Source: a virus (Duplodnaviria > Caudoviricetes). Taken from it: DNA of 44,929 nucleotides. Position 1 is the first letter of the stretch; each line of letters begins with the position of its first letter. The notes beneath the pieces were generated by a model that searched no databases, was not told the DNA's origin, and saw only the letters and a list, made by a program, of their open reading frames with translations. Shown piece after piece: positions 7,560 to 18,214 of the stretch. A program made the translations under genes and the position numbers. Where the stretch lies: positions 1 to 44,929 of the IMG/VR virus record IMGVR_UViG_3300034100_000004. The stretch is one strand, 5' to 3'.

Positions 7560-9088
7560 GTTTAGACTTAATTAGAAAGGCTGCTGAGAATGATCTGTTA
7601 GCCTTCATTAAGATCATGGCACCCCATCGCATATTAGGTTCCATACATGAAGAAGTAATTAATTGGTGGACACGTGGAGATGGTGGTGATCACCAGTTAC
7701 TTCTCATGCCACGTGATCATCAGAAGAGTGCATTGATTGCATATCGTGTAGCATGGGAGATTACAAAGAACCCTGCTACTACAGTTCTTTATATTTCAGC
7801 TACTGCTACTCTTGCTGAGAAGCAGCTCTACTTTATTAAAAATATTCTTACCTCAAAACAGTATAGAAGATACTGGCCTGACATGGTACATGAGGATGAG
7901 GGTAAGAGGGAAAAGTGGACTGAAAGAGAGATATGTGTAGACCATCCAAAGCGTAAGGCCGAGGGTGTACGGGATAGTACAATATTTACAGCTGGTCTTA
8001 CCACAACGATTACCGGATTGCACTTCAACATTGCAGTGCTTGATGACGTAGTTATTAAGGAGAATGCATATACAGCTGAAGGTAGAACAAAAGTAAAAGA
8101 GCAGTACTCCCTTCTTGCATCTATTGAAACTACTGGAGCACAGGAGTGGATTGTAGGTACCAGATACCACCCCAAAGATTTATATACCGATCTTATCCAA
8201 ATGGAAAAAGATGTGTACAATAAGGATGGTGAGTTGGTTGAGAAACTTCCAGTGTATGAAGTACTGCAAAAGCAAGTTGAAGACTTAGGCGACGGTACTG
8301 GTGAGTTCTTATGGCCCAGGCAACAGAGATCTGATGGTAAGTGGTTTGGATTTGATGCCAATATCCTTGCAAGTAAAAGGGCTAAGTATTTAGATCGTAC
8401 ACAGTTTAGAGCACAGTATTATAATGATCCTAATGACCCATCAGATGATTTCATTGATCGGTCTAGATTTCAGTATTATAACAAGACTTCAATCTTAAAT
8501 CATTATGGTGATTGGTACTACAAGGATAATAAGTTAAATGTCTACGCATCGATTGACTTTGCATTCTCGAAGAGTCGTAGGGCCGATTATACTTCTATTG
8601 TTGTTATCGGCATTGATAAAAGCAATTCGATTTATATCCTAGACATTGATAGATTTAAGACTGATAAGATTAGTGAATACTTCAAACACATCCGAGAGTT
8701 GCACATTAAGTGGGGCTTTAAAAAGTTAAGGGCTGAGACCTCTGTAGCTCAGAAGGTTATTGTTCGTGAGTTGAAGGAGTATATACAGAAAGATGGCCTA
8801 TACCTTAGCGTAGATGAGAACAGTCCTACACGACACAGTGGATCAAAGGAAGAGAGAATAGCAGCCCTCTTAGAACCACGTTACGAGAACATGGGTATCT
8901 GGCATTATCGTGGTGGTAACTGCGAGATTCTGGAAGAGGAATTAGTTCTTGCCCATCCACCACACGATGATGTTAAGGATGCACTTGCAGCAGTAGTAGA
9001 GATTGCAATTCCTCCTATGAATAGAGGTGGGGCGGTGAAACAAGAAACGAAATTATCATATCATCCTAGATTTGGTGGAGCATATTAA
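7556..9088 (+). CDS. terL: Terminase large subunit
   Basis: Walker A-like PRDHQKS, Walker B IAVLDD, coupling motif VGTRY, nuclease IDFA...ADYT and HDDVKDAL. Confidence 0.93.
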   Translation: MSLDLIRKAAENDLLAFIKIMAPHRILGSIHEEVINWWTRGDGGDHQLLLMPRDHQKSALIAYRVAWEITKNPATTVLYISATATLAEKQLYFIKNILTSKQYRRYWPDMVHEDEGKREKWTEREICVDHPKRKAEGVRDSTIFTAGLTTTITGLHFNIAVLDDVVIKENAYTAEGRTKVKEQYSLLASIETTGAQEWIVGTRYHPKDLYTDLIQMEKDVYNKDGELVEKLPVYEVLQKQVEDLGDGTGEFLWPRQQRSDGKWFGFDANILASKRAKYLDRTQFRAQYYNDPNDPSDDFIDRSRFQYYNKTSILNHYGDWYYKDNKLNVYASIDFAFSKSRRADYTSIVVIGIDKSNSIYILDIDRFKTDKISEYFKHIRELHIKWGFKKLRAETSVAQKVIVRELKEYIQKDGLYLSVDENSPTRHSGSKEERIAALLEPRYENMGIWHYRGGNCEILEEELVLAHPPHDDVKDALAAVVEIAIPPMNRGGAVKQETKLSYHPRFGGAY

Positions 9089-10836
9089 TGGCAGGTAAAG
9101 TTGCAGAGATTAGAAATCTCCTAAGTGATTCAGATCAACTAGCTTCTAATATTGCAGCTATGTGGGAACGCATGTCTGCTGATAGAGTGGAGTGGTATAA
9201 TGAAGTGAAGGAGCGTAGGAATTATATCTTTGCTACCGATACTACGAAGACCACAAATGCAAAACTGCCATGGCGTAATAAGACCACAATGCCAAAGTTG
9301 TGTCAAATTAGGGATAATTTACACGCAAACTATATGGCTGCTTTATTCCCCAATGATAATTGGTTGAGATGGGAAGCATACACTTTAGATTCTGCTGAGA
9401 AACAAAAGGCTAAGAATATTGAAGCCTACATGCAGAATAAATTACGTATTAGTGATTTCAAGGATACTGTCAGTAAGATCGTGTATGATTATATTGATAC
9501 TGGAAATGGATTTGGTGATGTAGACTTTGTTGCTGAGTACGCAATTGATGAAGAGACTGGTGAGAAGTATGCAACGTATGTAGGTCCGAAGTTGATTCGT
9601 ATCGCTCCTGTTGATATTGTATTTAACCCTCTCTCTACTTCCTTTAAAGATTCATATAAGATTGTGCGGTATATTAAAACCCTTGGTGAGTTATACAAGG
9701 AAGCGCAGGATAAACCTGAGTACCAGTTTAATTTAGAGATTATTAAGCAGGCTCAGAGTAAGCGTGTAACCCTCTCTCAATATTCTGAAGCTGACCTAGC
9801 TAAAGCTGAGGCATATAGTATTGATGGGTTTGGTAGCTTGCTCAATTACTACTCATCTGACTATGTAGAAATTCTGGAGTTTGATGGATGCATACACGAT
9901 CCTATCTCTGGAGAATTCCTAGATAATCATACGATCACAATTATAGATCGTAAGTATGTTATCCGTAATATCAAGAACCCCTCTTATTTCAGAAAGAGTC
10001 CTAAAGAGCATGTTGGTTGGCGTTATCGTCCTGATAACTTGTATGCAATGGGACCATTGGATAACTTAGTAGGTTTACAGTATCGTATTGATCATCTAGA
10101 GAATATGAAGGCAGATGCTCTTGATCTTACTATTCTACCTCCCCATAAGATTCGTGGTAATGTAGAGGCATTTGAGTGGGGGCCATTAGCTGAGATTCAA
10201 ATTGGTGATGATGGTGATGTTATTCCAATGCCACCTAACCCTGCTGCCTTTCAGGTTAACAATGAGATTATCATGTTGATGAACATGATGGAAGAAATGT
10301 CTGGTGCTCCTCGTCAGGCATTGGGTATTAGAACTCCAGGAGAGAAGACAGCATTTGAAATTCAAACTCTAGAGAATAATAGCCAGCGTACATTCATGGC
10401 TAAGATTATTCAGTTTGAAGAGTTCCTTGAGAAGTTGCTGAATAGTATGCTCGAAAGTTCTAGGCGTAATCTGGATATTCAGGATACTATTAAGACAATG
10501 GATACTGATCTTGGTGTAGAAACATTCATCAATATCTCAAAAGAAGATATTACAGGTAAGGGTAAATTACGCCCTATCGGAGCAAGACACTTTGCAATGC
10601 AGGCACAGTTACTCCAATCTTTAATCGGACTTAGTAATAGTGCAGTATGGGCAAAGGTACAGCAACATTTTAGTGGTGAAGGTATGGCGACTCTCTTAGA
10701 AGATGCTCTCAATATCTCTAGATATGGTGTTGTTAAATCCAACATCCATCTCTTTGAACAAGCCGAAACTCAGAAGATACTGAATGGATTGCAAGGTGAT
10801 ATTCAGGAGACTGAAGCAATGCCGGTGCCAGTATGA
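9088..10836 (+). CDS. Portal protein
   Basis: 582 aa after terL; podoviral portal features (YAMGPLDNL, GIRTPGEKTAFE). Confidence 0.85.
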   Translation: MAGKVAEIRNLLSDSDQLASNIAAMWERMSADRVEWYNEVKERRNYIFATDTTKTTNAKLPWRNKTTMPKLCQIRDNLHANYMAALFPNDNWLRWEAYTLDSAEKQKAKNIEAYMQNKLRISDFKDTVSKIVYDYIDTGNGFGDVDFVAEYAIDEETGEKYATYVGPKLIRIAPVDIVFNPLSTSFKDSYKIVRYIKTLGELYKEAQDKPEYQFNLEIIKQAQSKRVTLSQYSEADLAKAEAYSIDGFGSLLNYYSSDYVEILEFDGCIHDPISGEFLDNHTITIIDRKYVIRNIKNPSYFRKSPKEHVGWRYRPDNLYAMGPLDNLVGLQYRIDHLENMKADALDLTILPPHKIRGNVEAFEWGPLAEIQIGDDGDVIPMPPNPAAFQVNNEIIMLMNMMEEMSGAPRQALGIRTPGEKTAFEIQTLENNSQRTFMAKIIQFEEFLEKLLNSMLESSRRNLDIQDTIKTMDTDLGVETFINISKEDITGKGKLRPIGARHFAMQAQLLQSLIGLSNSAVWAKVQQHFSGEGMATLLEDALNISRYGVVKSNIHLFEQAETQKILNGLQGDIQETEAMPVPV

Positions 10837-11081
10837 ATCTACAGTTTGTAAAATTTGCTGAAGATAAGAAGGAGAAGGAAGAGATTACTCAACTCCTTGC
10901 AGGATCAACTAAGATATTGGGGATACTTAATAGGTTAATTGAAGAACAGATAGAATCCACTGATAAGCAAATCTTATCATGGAAGCGTTACTTCATGCCT
11001 AGATGGTCTGAATACCAAGCAGATCAGATAGGATATAAGCGGGCATTAAGATATGTCCAAACAATAATTAAGGAGAAGTAA
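10833..11081 (+). CDS. Small hypothetical protein between portal and scaffold
   Basis: ATGA overlap with the portal stop. Confidence 0.7.
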   Translation: MNLQFVKFAEDKKEKEEITQLLAGSTKILGILNRLIEEQIESTDKQILSWKRYFMPRWSEYQADQIGYKRALRYVQTIIKEK

Positions 11082-11085
11082 TTGT

Positions 11086-11811
11086 ATGAGTGAGAATGTA
11101 GGAACGGATGGCACCACCATCTTTCAGGATCAACCAGGGACTACCACCGTAGCACCCACAACCCCCGCCAGTTCATCTCCTCCCTTTGTCTTACCAGATG
11201 AAGCTAAGGATTTTGTTGGTGAAGGGAAGAAGTATGCAACGATTGAAGATGCATTGAAATCTGTTCCACATGCTCAGAAGTTTATTGATGAGCAGAAGAA
11301 TAGGTTGACTGAACTCGAAGCAGAAACTTTGAGACTTAAAGAGGAGCTTAGTCAGAAGAAACAGATGGAAGATTATCTCGAATCGTTGAAACAAACTCAG
11401 CTGGTTGGCACCCCCCCTCCAGCAGTGCCGGATTTGGATTCATTGCTTGATCAAAAGTTGAGTGAACGCGAACGCAATCAGAAAGCGCAGATGAATCTAT
11501 TGGCCGTAGATTCTGAGATGAAGAAACATTATGGTGAAAAGGCAAAAGATATTTTTGCAACTAAGGCCCAGGAACTTGGTATTTCAATTAATGATTTAAC
11601 CAAGCTTGCCGCTACCTCACCTAATGCATTCTACAAGATGTTTGAACTCAAGCCCAATGCAGCACTTGGAACTAAGACAGCTACATCAATCAATACCGAT
11701 GGACTCGGTAGTACGGTACAGCCGACTCCCTCTGCACGTGTAGGTAAGGTTGGTGCAACTACAAAAGATTTGGTTACGGCATGGGATAATGCCAAGCCTA
11801 AAGAAAACTAA
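11086..11811 (+). CDS. Capsid scaffolding protein
   Basis: AAGGAG RBS, VGEGKKY motif, coiled coil, directly upstream of MCP. Confidence 0.8.
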   Translation: MSENVGTDGTTIFQDQPGTTTVAPTTPASSSPPFVLPDEAKDFVGEGKKYATIEDALKSVPHAQKFIDEQKNRLTELEAETLRLKEELSQKKQMEDYLESLKQTQLVGTPPPAVPDLDSLLDQKLSERERNQKAQMNLLAVDSEMKKHYGEKAKDIFATKAQELGISINDLTKLAATSPNAFYKMFELKPNAALGTKTATSINTDGLGSTVQPTPSARVGKVGATTKDLVTAWDNAKPKEN

Positions 11812-11823
11812 GGAGAATAAAAT

Positions 11824-12816
11824 ATGTCACAGAACACTACTAATACCCCGCATTTTATTGAGGCACAGCAGTACAGTCAGTTTATCTTGGAGAACTTGCA
11901 GGACGGTTTGCTGCCAGAGGCAGTGTATCGAAATGTAAGTGATTTCCCCGCAGGCACTACTCTGAATATCAAGACTGTCGGTTCCACCACTATTCAGGAA
12001 GTAGCTGAAGATGTTGCTGTTACGTACAATCCGATTGATACCGGCAACGTTACTCTCTCGATTACCGATTATGTTGGTGATGCTTGGTATGTTACCGATG
12101 TACTGCGTCAGGATGGTTCTCAGATTGATGCCCTCCATGCTATGCGTGGTATGGAAAGCACCCGTGCTATTCAGGAGTACTTTGAAACTCGTATGTTTGC
12201 TGCTGCTAACTCTGCTCAGACTGCTGGTGGATTGAATCTGGTTAATGGTCGGCCTCATCGTTTTGTAGCTGATGCTGCTGCGGATAATACCTACAAGATG
12301 AGCGTTGACTACTTCATTGCTATGAAGCTGGCTTTCGATAAGGCGAACGTTCCGATGGCAGGTCGTATTGCTATTGTTGATCCTCTGGTAGAGGCTACTC
12401 TGAATAAGCTAACTACTCTCACTGCTACCTCCCTGGATCGTAATCCTAAGTTCCAGAGTATCCTTGAGAATGGTTTTGCAACGGAGCACAGCTTCCTGTT
12501 CAATCTGTTTGGCTTTGATGTTTGGACCTCTAATCGTCTCCCGGCTATCACTGCTGCTGAGACCATCGATGCTTCCACCTATGGCATTGGTGCTGCTGAG
12601 ACTGCTCCGATTGGTTCTAAGGCTAACCTCTTCATGTGTGTAGCAGACGATGCCTGTAAGCCGATGATGGCAGCTTGGCGTCAGCAGCCCATGGTTGAGT
12701 CTGAGCGGAATAAGGATAAGGGTCGGGATGAATTTGTATCTCGCGCTCGTTGGGGTGTTGGTGCACAGCGGGTAGATACCCTTGGTGTTATTCTGACTTC
12801 TGCTTCTAACTGGTAA
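11824..12816 (+). CDS. Major capsid protein
   Basis: 330 aa, strong RBS, biased codon use, HK97-type podoviral signature (DFP.GTTLNIKTVG ... RWG.G.QR). Confidence 0.9.
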   Translation: MSQNTTNTPHFIEAQQYSQFILENLQDGLLPEAVYRNVSDFPAGTTLNIKTVGSTTIQEVAEDVAVTYNPIDTGNVTLSITDYVGDAWYVTDVLRQDGSQIDALHAMRGMESTRAIQEYFETRMFAAANSAQTAGGLNLVNGRPHRFVADAAADNTYKMSVDYFIAMKLAFDKANVPMAGRIAIVDPLVEATLNKLTTLTATSLDRNPKFQSILENGFATEHSFLFNLFGFDVWTSNRLPAITAAETIDASTYGIGAAETAPIGSKANLFMCVADDACKPMMAAWRQQPMVESERNKDKGRDEFVSRARWGVGAQRVDTLGVILTSASNW

Positions 12817-12844
12817 TCTAACTAATCTATAAGGAGACTTAATT

Positions 12845-13360
12845 ATGGGTAATGAATTTAATACTAATGGTTTGGGTACGTCTGCACACTATGGTGCACG
12901 TGCTCTGGATACGGCTGCTGGTGTCGCTAATACTGAAGGCAATCGTGTAGAGATTCGGAAGGTAATTGATTTTGTAAGTGTACCTTCTGCTATGACTGCT
13001 TCCAACACTTTCTTGCCGCAGGTTACTATTCCTGCTGGTGCATATATTGAGAGTGCCAAGTTGATGATTACTACCGATGTTACTTCTGGTGGTGCAGCAA
13101 CCCTTGATATTGGTCTGTACTATGATAACGCTGGTGCTATTGCAACTCTGGATGCTGATGGTATTGATGCTGCTATTGCATTGACGGCATTGCAGGAAGG
13201 TGATGCTGTTATTGCTTGTGATGGTGCTCTTGTTGCTGCTGCAACTTTAGCTACTACCGCATCCGAGTACTACATTGGAGCTATCTATGGTACTGCTGCA
13301 TACCTGACTGGTAAGGGTGAGTTGGTTGTAACTTACATCCTCCCCAAGGGTAATGCATAA
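12845..13360 (+). CDS. Putative capsid decoration/minor capsid protein
   Basis: Follows MCP; strong RBS; Ala/Gly/Thr-rich with IPAGA.I motif; followed by a large hairpin. Confidence 0.6.
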   Translation: MGNEFNTNGLGTSAHYGARALDTAAGVANTEGNRVEIRKVIDFVSVPSAMTASNTFLPQVTIPAGAYIESAKLMITTDVTSGGAATLDIGLYYDNAGAIATLDADGIDAAIALTALQEGDAVIACDGALVAAATLATTASEYYIGAIYGTAAYLTGKGELVVTYILPKGNA

Positions 13361-13372
13361 CACGAACTAACT

Positions 13373-13421
13373 GAGTGGAGGGAGTGGGATAGAGTCAAGT
13401 CCTATTCCCTCCCTCCTACTC
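13373..13421 (+). terminator. Long stem-loop after the capsid genes (terminator or processing site)
   Basis: GAGTGGAGGGAGTGGGATAG / CTATTCCCTCCCTCCTACTC inverted repeat; no clear U-tract. Confidence 0.55.
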
Positions 13422-13435
13422 TATAGGATTATTGT

Positions 13436-14026
13436 ATGACGATTGAACATAAGAATATTACTGATCCAGATATTCATCTACCAAAGGGATTCTCCACTGC
13501 CTCGGTATTACAGTACCCACGTAAGAATGCTGCGGGTACTGACATTGAGTGGGTTGATATCACGAAAGCATATGGATGCATGTATGCTACATCAGGTACT
13601 ACTACGGGTGTAGATGGTTCTTGGAAAGCTATTAATAATGCAGTTCTAGGCGGTACAGTTGTTTGGACTACCCAGACTACTTCTAACATTACTAATAATA
13701 CTACTTCTGGATTCTATCAAGCAAATAATGCTGGAACATACATGATCGGAGTAGCCTTCTCTATCTCTGGTGCGATTGCTACTACAAATGAATTTCAGTT
13801 TACTATTGGTATTGACTCTGCACCGTCTTATCCCGGTATCGCTGAGAAGAGTAGCATTGTAACAGTATATCGCACTATCTCTAGTTCTGATAAAGGGTCC
13901 GTAGCCCTTACGTGCCAACCAACATTGGCAGTTAATGATAGGTTATACCTGATGATTAAAAGAAATTCTGGAACTAATCAGATTGTTTTCAATCATATCA
14001 ACTTTGTAATTACAAAGGTTAGTTAA
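13436..14026 (+). CDS. Virion structural protein (fibre-like)
   Basis: N-terminal EH..I.DP.IH.PKG motif; Thr/Ser/Gly-rich beta C-terminus. Confidence 0.6.
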   Translation: MTIEHKNITDPDIHLPKGFSTASVLQYPRKNAAGTDIEWVDITKAYGCMYATSGTTTGVDGSWKAINNAVLGGTVVWTTQTTSNITNNTTSGFYQANNAGTYMIGVAFSISGAIATTNEFQFTIGIDSAPSYPGIAEKSSIVTVYRTISSSDKGSVALTCQPTLAVNDRLYLMIKRNSGTNQIVFNHINFVITKVS

Positions 14027-14027
14027 T

Positions 14028-14777
14028 ATGCCACGGCAAACTCTCTTAGAAATGGTACAGGATATTCTTAATGATTTGGAATCTGATGAGGTAAACTCTA
14101 TCAATGATACTGTTGAAGCCTTACAGATTGCGTCAATCATTAGGAATACTTTCTATGAAGTAATAAATAGCAGACTGTGGCCTACAACTGCATCTATTAT
14201 TCAGCTTACATCTCTTTCATCTAGTCTAAAACCTACACATATGCGAATGATAGATGATATAAGCAGTATCGAATGGATAAAATATGATACGAAAGAATTA
14301 AATACTGATGCTGCACGATACCAGACAATTTCTTATCAAGAACCTACTCAGTTCTTAGATACAATCTTACAAAGAGATTCAAATGATGCTACAGTACAAA
14401 CAGTAGTGGAGTCTACTGGTATCTCTTTGTTGATTAAGAATGATGCTGCTCCTACACACTGGACCACATTCGATGATGAGTATATTGTATTTGATAGTTT
14501 TAATAGTGCAATAGACTCTACATTACAATCTTCTAAAAGTATGGCAGCGGTGACAATAGAACCTACCTTCCTTATGACTGATAGCTTTGTACCAGACCTT
14601 CCAGCTAAAGCATTTCCATATCTACTGGCTGAAGCAAAGAGTTCTTGTTTTGAAAAGATTAAACAGGCTCCCTCTGCTAAAGAAGAACAGAAGAGTAGAA
14701 GGCAAAGAATCTTCCTATCTCAAGAAAAATGGAGAAAGAATCGTGGAGTTAAGTACGCAAACTTTGGACGAAAGTAA
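14028..14777 (+). CDS. Tail tubular protein A/adaptor
   Basis: TLLEMVQDIL..L.SDEVNSI.DT.EA.Q.A N-terminus; position before the nozzle gene. Confidence 0.8.
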   Translation: MPRQTLLEMVQDILNDLESDEVNSINDTVEALQIASIIRNTFYEVINSRLWPTTASIIQLTSLSSSLKPTHMRMIDDISSIEWIKYDTKELNTDAARYQTISYQEPTQFLDTILQRDSNDATVQTVVESTGISLLIKNDAAPTHWTTFDDEYIVFDSFNSAIDSTLQSSKSMAAVTIEPTFLMTDSFVPDLPAKAFPYLLAEAKSSCFEKIKQAPSAKEEQKSRRQRIFLSQEKWRKNRGVKYANFGRK

Positions 14778-14982
14778 ATTTACATCAGCTCTTAAACGCC
14801 TATACATTGATAGACGTAGAGACGGTCTATTTGAAATTAAACTCGATGGTGGTGGAGAAGTACCAGATGTACTGAAGAGTTCCTTCACTTCACTTAAAGC
14901 AGCTGATGAGCATCTATTTTTCTACTTGTTAAAGAAGACTACTATCCCAGAGAAAAAGAATGGCACAAACAAGCGGTCTTAA
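14743..14982 (+). CDS. Small hypothetical protein (GGGEVP..L...FTS motif)
   Basis: 3' part of ORF 14587-14982 fills the intergenic gap; start (GTG 14743 or TTG 14764) uncertain. Confidence 0.55.
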   Translation: MELSTQTLDESKFTSALKRLYIDRRRDGLFEIKLDGGGEVPDVLKSSFTSLKAADEHLFFYLLKKTTIPEKKNGTNKRS

Positions 14983-17254
14983 AACATACAATACTTTTGT
15001 TCGTGGAATCATTACTGAAGCTGGTCCTCTCACATTCCCAGAGAATGCTTCTATTGATGAGGATAACTTCGTGCTTAACCATGATGGAAGTAGACAGAGA
15101 CGCTTAGGAATAGACTATGAACAAAATTACCAACTTATCAATACTGGAGTAACGGTTGCAGCTGCCTCTACCCTAGCTGTATCCTCACATCACTGGAAGA
15201 ATGTAGCTGATGATGCTAATATTTCTTTTAGTGTTGTACAGTTTGGGGCAATGCTCTACATCTTCGATGCATCTAAGATTGATATCACAAATAATTATCT
15301 TGGATCAATTGACTTTACATCTAAGAAATCTACGTATTCTACAACTATTGGAACTAACCGCATCCAGACTACTTCTGGTGCTGGTATCTTTGTCGTAACC
15401 TCATCTGAAGTAGAACCATTCTATATCTCTTATGATGTTGCTACTGGTACGTTTTCTACTACCACCATCACCATAAAGATACGGGATTTCTTTGGTGTTG
15501 AGGATTCATTAGATGTAGCAACTCGTCCTACATCCCTTAGCACTGAACACAAATATAATCTGTATAATCAGGGATGGCCTACTACTACATATTGTGGTAA
15601 TATTGATGAAGCCGGAACAGTTGTAAGTACCGTATCTGTCAAAGATCCTCTTGCACAAACCTATACGACTCTAAGTAAGTACCCATCTAATGCCGACTTA
15701 ATTAGTTTAGCACGTAGGGATACAACTGCTGGAAGTTCTACCTACATTAGATACTATGAACCTGACCTATTAAATAAAATCGATATTGGAAATACTCCTG
15801 CATCTCAGGGACATTTTATATTAGATGCATTTAATCGCGGTTCATCTCGTAATACTGAATCTGGCCTTTCCTTATCTGGTGTAGACTATGAGAAAGGTAG
15901 ACCACAGACTACCGCATTCTTTGCAGGTCGTACGTTCTATTCCGGCATTGAATCTAACTCGGTAACATCTGGTGTACACAAGAAGGTAAGTTATAATGGA
16001 TTTATCTTCTTCTCGAAAGTTATACAGTCTTTAACGGATATAGGATTATGCTATCAAGAGGCTGATACTACCTCTGAAGATATTTCAGATATCTTATCAA
16101 CCGATGGTGGAACAATACATATCCCAGAAGCAGGGCGTATTCTACGTCTCATTGCAAGACAGAATAGTTTAGTTGTTATTGCAGATAATGGTATATGGAC
16201 TATTAGCGGAGGTGAATTAGGTTTTCGTGCTACTGAGTTTCAGGTGAGTAAGATTACCAATATCGGTGCTATATCTGCTCATTCTGTTGTAGATGCAGAG
16301 GGTAACATTGTTTATTGGGGTGAGGGCGGCATCTATGCATTAACTGCGGATCAAGTATCTTTACAGTTGACTGCACAGAACCTAAGCGAGAATAGCATTC
16401 AGACCCTATATAACAACATTAGCAATACAGCTAAGATATACTGCACAGCAATCTTCAATTCATCTGAGAGACGTATTAGATGGCTTTACAATGATTCTCC
16501 AGACTACGATGGTAGAGGATATAGGCAGTCATATAATAGAGAGTTGGTATATGATGCTTATCTCAAGGCTTTCTATACGAACACTATTGATATAAATAAG
16601 GTCTATATTGCGGGTTACGTAGAAACTACTCTCTATAAAAGTGAAGTAGATGTGCAAGGTATTGTAGCATCTGGTGTTCCAGTAGTTGCATCTACCGTAC
16701 CTGTAGAAGTAAGTCAGCAGATTTCCATTGGTGATAAGGTTAAAACAAAGTACTTAACCCTCGTAGAGAATACTACGGTCTATGGGACAATATCTGAATT
16801 CTCGTCTACAACCTTTAAGGATTGGTATACTTATGATAGTATTGGTCAAGATTATCAGTCATACCTAATTACTGGATATGAGATTGCTGATGATCCTGCT
16901 AATAAGAAGCAATCCCCATATCTCTTAATGTACTTCAATAGAACTGAGAGTGGTTTTGATAGTAATGGCAATGCTATTAATCCGTCCTCTTGTTTAGTAC
17001 AATCTAGATGGGGTTGGAGTGATAGTGCAAATAGTGGGCAGTGGGGAACAGTATTCCAAGCTTACCGACTGCTTAGAAACTTTATTATCTCAGGTCCATC
17101 CTCTACGTTTGATTATGGATATTCTACTATCGTGACAAAGAATAAGCTGCGTGGATCAGGCCGTTCATTGTCGATGTATATCAGTTCTGAAACAGGCAAG
17201 AATCTCCACATATACGGATGGTCTTTAGTATTTACAGGAAGGACAAATGTATAA
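14960..17254 (+). CDS. Tail tubular protein B/nozzle
   Basis: 764 aa beta-rich; NTFV.G.ITEA.PL.FPENAS.DE.NF N-terminus. Confidence 0.85.
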   Translation: MAQTSGLKTYNTFVRGIITEAGPLTFPENASIDEDNFVLNHDGSRQRRLGIDYEQNYQLINTGVTVAAASTLAVSSHHWKNVADDANISFSVVQFGAMLYIFDASKIDITNNYLGSIDFTSKKSTYSTTIGTNRIQTTSGAGIFVVTSSEVEPFYISYDVATGTFSTTTITIKIRDFFGVEDSLDVATRPTSLSTEHKYNLYNQGWPTTTYCGNIDEAGTVVSTVSVKDPLAQTYTTLSKYPSNADLISLARRDTTAGSSTYIRYYEPDLLNKIDIGNTPASQGHFILDAFNRGSSRNTESGLSLSGVDYEKGRPQTTAFFAGRTFYSGIESNSVTSGVHKKVSYNGFIFFSKVIQSLTDIGLCYQEADTTSEDISDILSTDGGTIHIPEAGRILRLIARQNSLVVIADNGIWTISGGELGFRATEFQVSKITNIGAISAHSVVDAEGNIVYWGEGGIYALTADQVSLQLTAQNLSENSIQTLYNNISNTAKIYCTAIFNSSERRIRWLYNDSPDYDGRGYRQSYNRELVYDAYLKAFYTNTIDINKVYIAGYVETTLYKSEVDVQGIVASGVPVVASTVPVEVSQQISIGDKVKTKYLTLVENTTVYGTISEFSSTTFKDWYTYDSIGQDYQSYLITGYEIADDPANKKQSPYLLMYFNRTESGFDSNGNAINPSSCLVQSRWGWSDSANSGQWGTVFQAYRLLRNFIISGPSSTFDYGYSTIVTKNKLRGSGRSLSMYISSETGKNLHIYGWSLVFTGRTNV

Positions 17255-17558
17255 TAATCCTGATTCAAAGATTATTTATCAGACTGATGATTGGTGTTTA
17301 AAGCTGGAATATAATAAGACACTAAATATTTTTCTAGTACATCACTACATTTATAACTGGAGTCATTCGCTTCTGAAGAAAGCATTACATGATTGGGAGG
17401 TAATTCGGTCGGTCTTAAATGCACTTGGTGTTAATGAGTTCTACACCCCAGGTATGAATGCAAAGTATGCACATCTATTTGGATTCAAAGAGACAGGGAG
17501 TAAGATCATATATAATAATGGGAATGTGGAGGACTTATTAAAATGGGAGATGGAATAG
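17247..17558 (+). CDS. Hypothetical protein (T7 gp13-like position)
   Basis: Between nozzle and internal virion proteins; call is positional. Confidence 0.5.
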   Translation: MYNNPDSKIIYQTDDWCLKLEYNKTLNIFLVHHYIYNWSHSLLKKALHDWEVIRSVLNALGVNEFYTPGMNAKYAHLFGFKETGSKIIYNNGNVEDLLKWEME

Positions 17559-18208
17559 GGGCAATTGTTGGTGGTATTGCTGGATTAGTGTTGGGACCAA
17601 CTGCCCTATTGGGGGTTGGCGCATTAGTTGGCGCAGGTGCTGGGGCTATGCTTGGATCAACACTAATTGATCAGCCAAAGGCTGCTAAGAGAGCAGCAGA
17701 TGCTAGTCAAGCACAGTACGCAGAGCAGGCTCGTATTCAAAAAGCGCAACAGAGATTGAGTGAAGCACAGAACATACGAGGTAGATTGGCACAAGTACGA
17801 GAAGCACGACAGCAACGAGCTGGTAATCTGGTGAGAGCAATCAATGTTGGAGGAGCCAGTGGTACAGGCATGGCTTCCTTTTCCCCTGCGGCTGGTGCTA
17901 TTAGTTCAGCTACTTCTCAGATGGGGGGTAATGTTGGGTATATCAATGCCTCTGAAGCAATGGGTCAGGATATCTTTCGGTCAAACCAAGCTATCTCTGG
18001 GTTCAAGCTTCAGGAAGCAGAGGCAATGCAAGACCTGAGTATGGCTAAAACTATTGGTGGGTTAGGTAGCACTATGTTCGCTATGGGTGGAGGCTTCGAT
18101 ACTATCTTCGGTAGTACCCCTAATGTACCCACAGGAATGTCCGAGGTAAGTACCCCAGACTATGGTGAGTTAAGTGGTGGTGTCTCCTTCTATACAGGAA
18201 ATGGATGA
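17543..18208 (+). CDS. Internal virion/ejection protein (gp14-like)
   Basis: Gly/Ala-rich hydrophobic N-terminus plus Gln/Ala coiled coil. Confidence 0.7.
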   Translation: MGDGIGAIVGGIAGLVLGPTALLGVGALVGAGAGAMLGSTLIDQPKAAKRAADASQAQYAEQARIQKAQQRLSEAQNIRGRLAQVREARQQRAGNLVRAINVGGASGTGMASFSPAAGAISSATSQMGGNVGYINASEAMGQDIFRSNQAISGFKLQEAEAMQDLSMAKTIGGLGSTMFAMGGGFDTIFGSTPNVPTGMSEVSTPDYGELSGGVSFYTGNG

Positions 18209-18214
18209 TAGAAC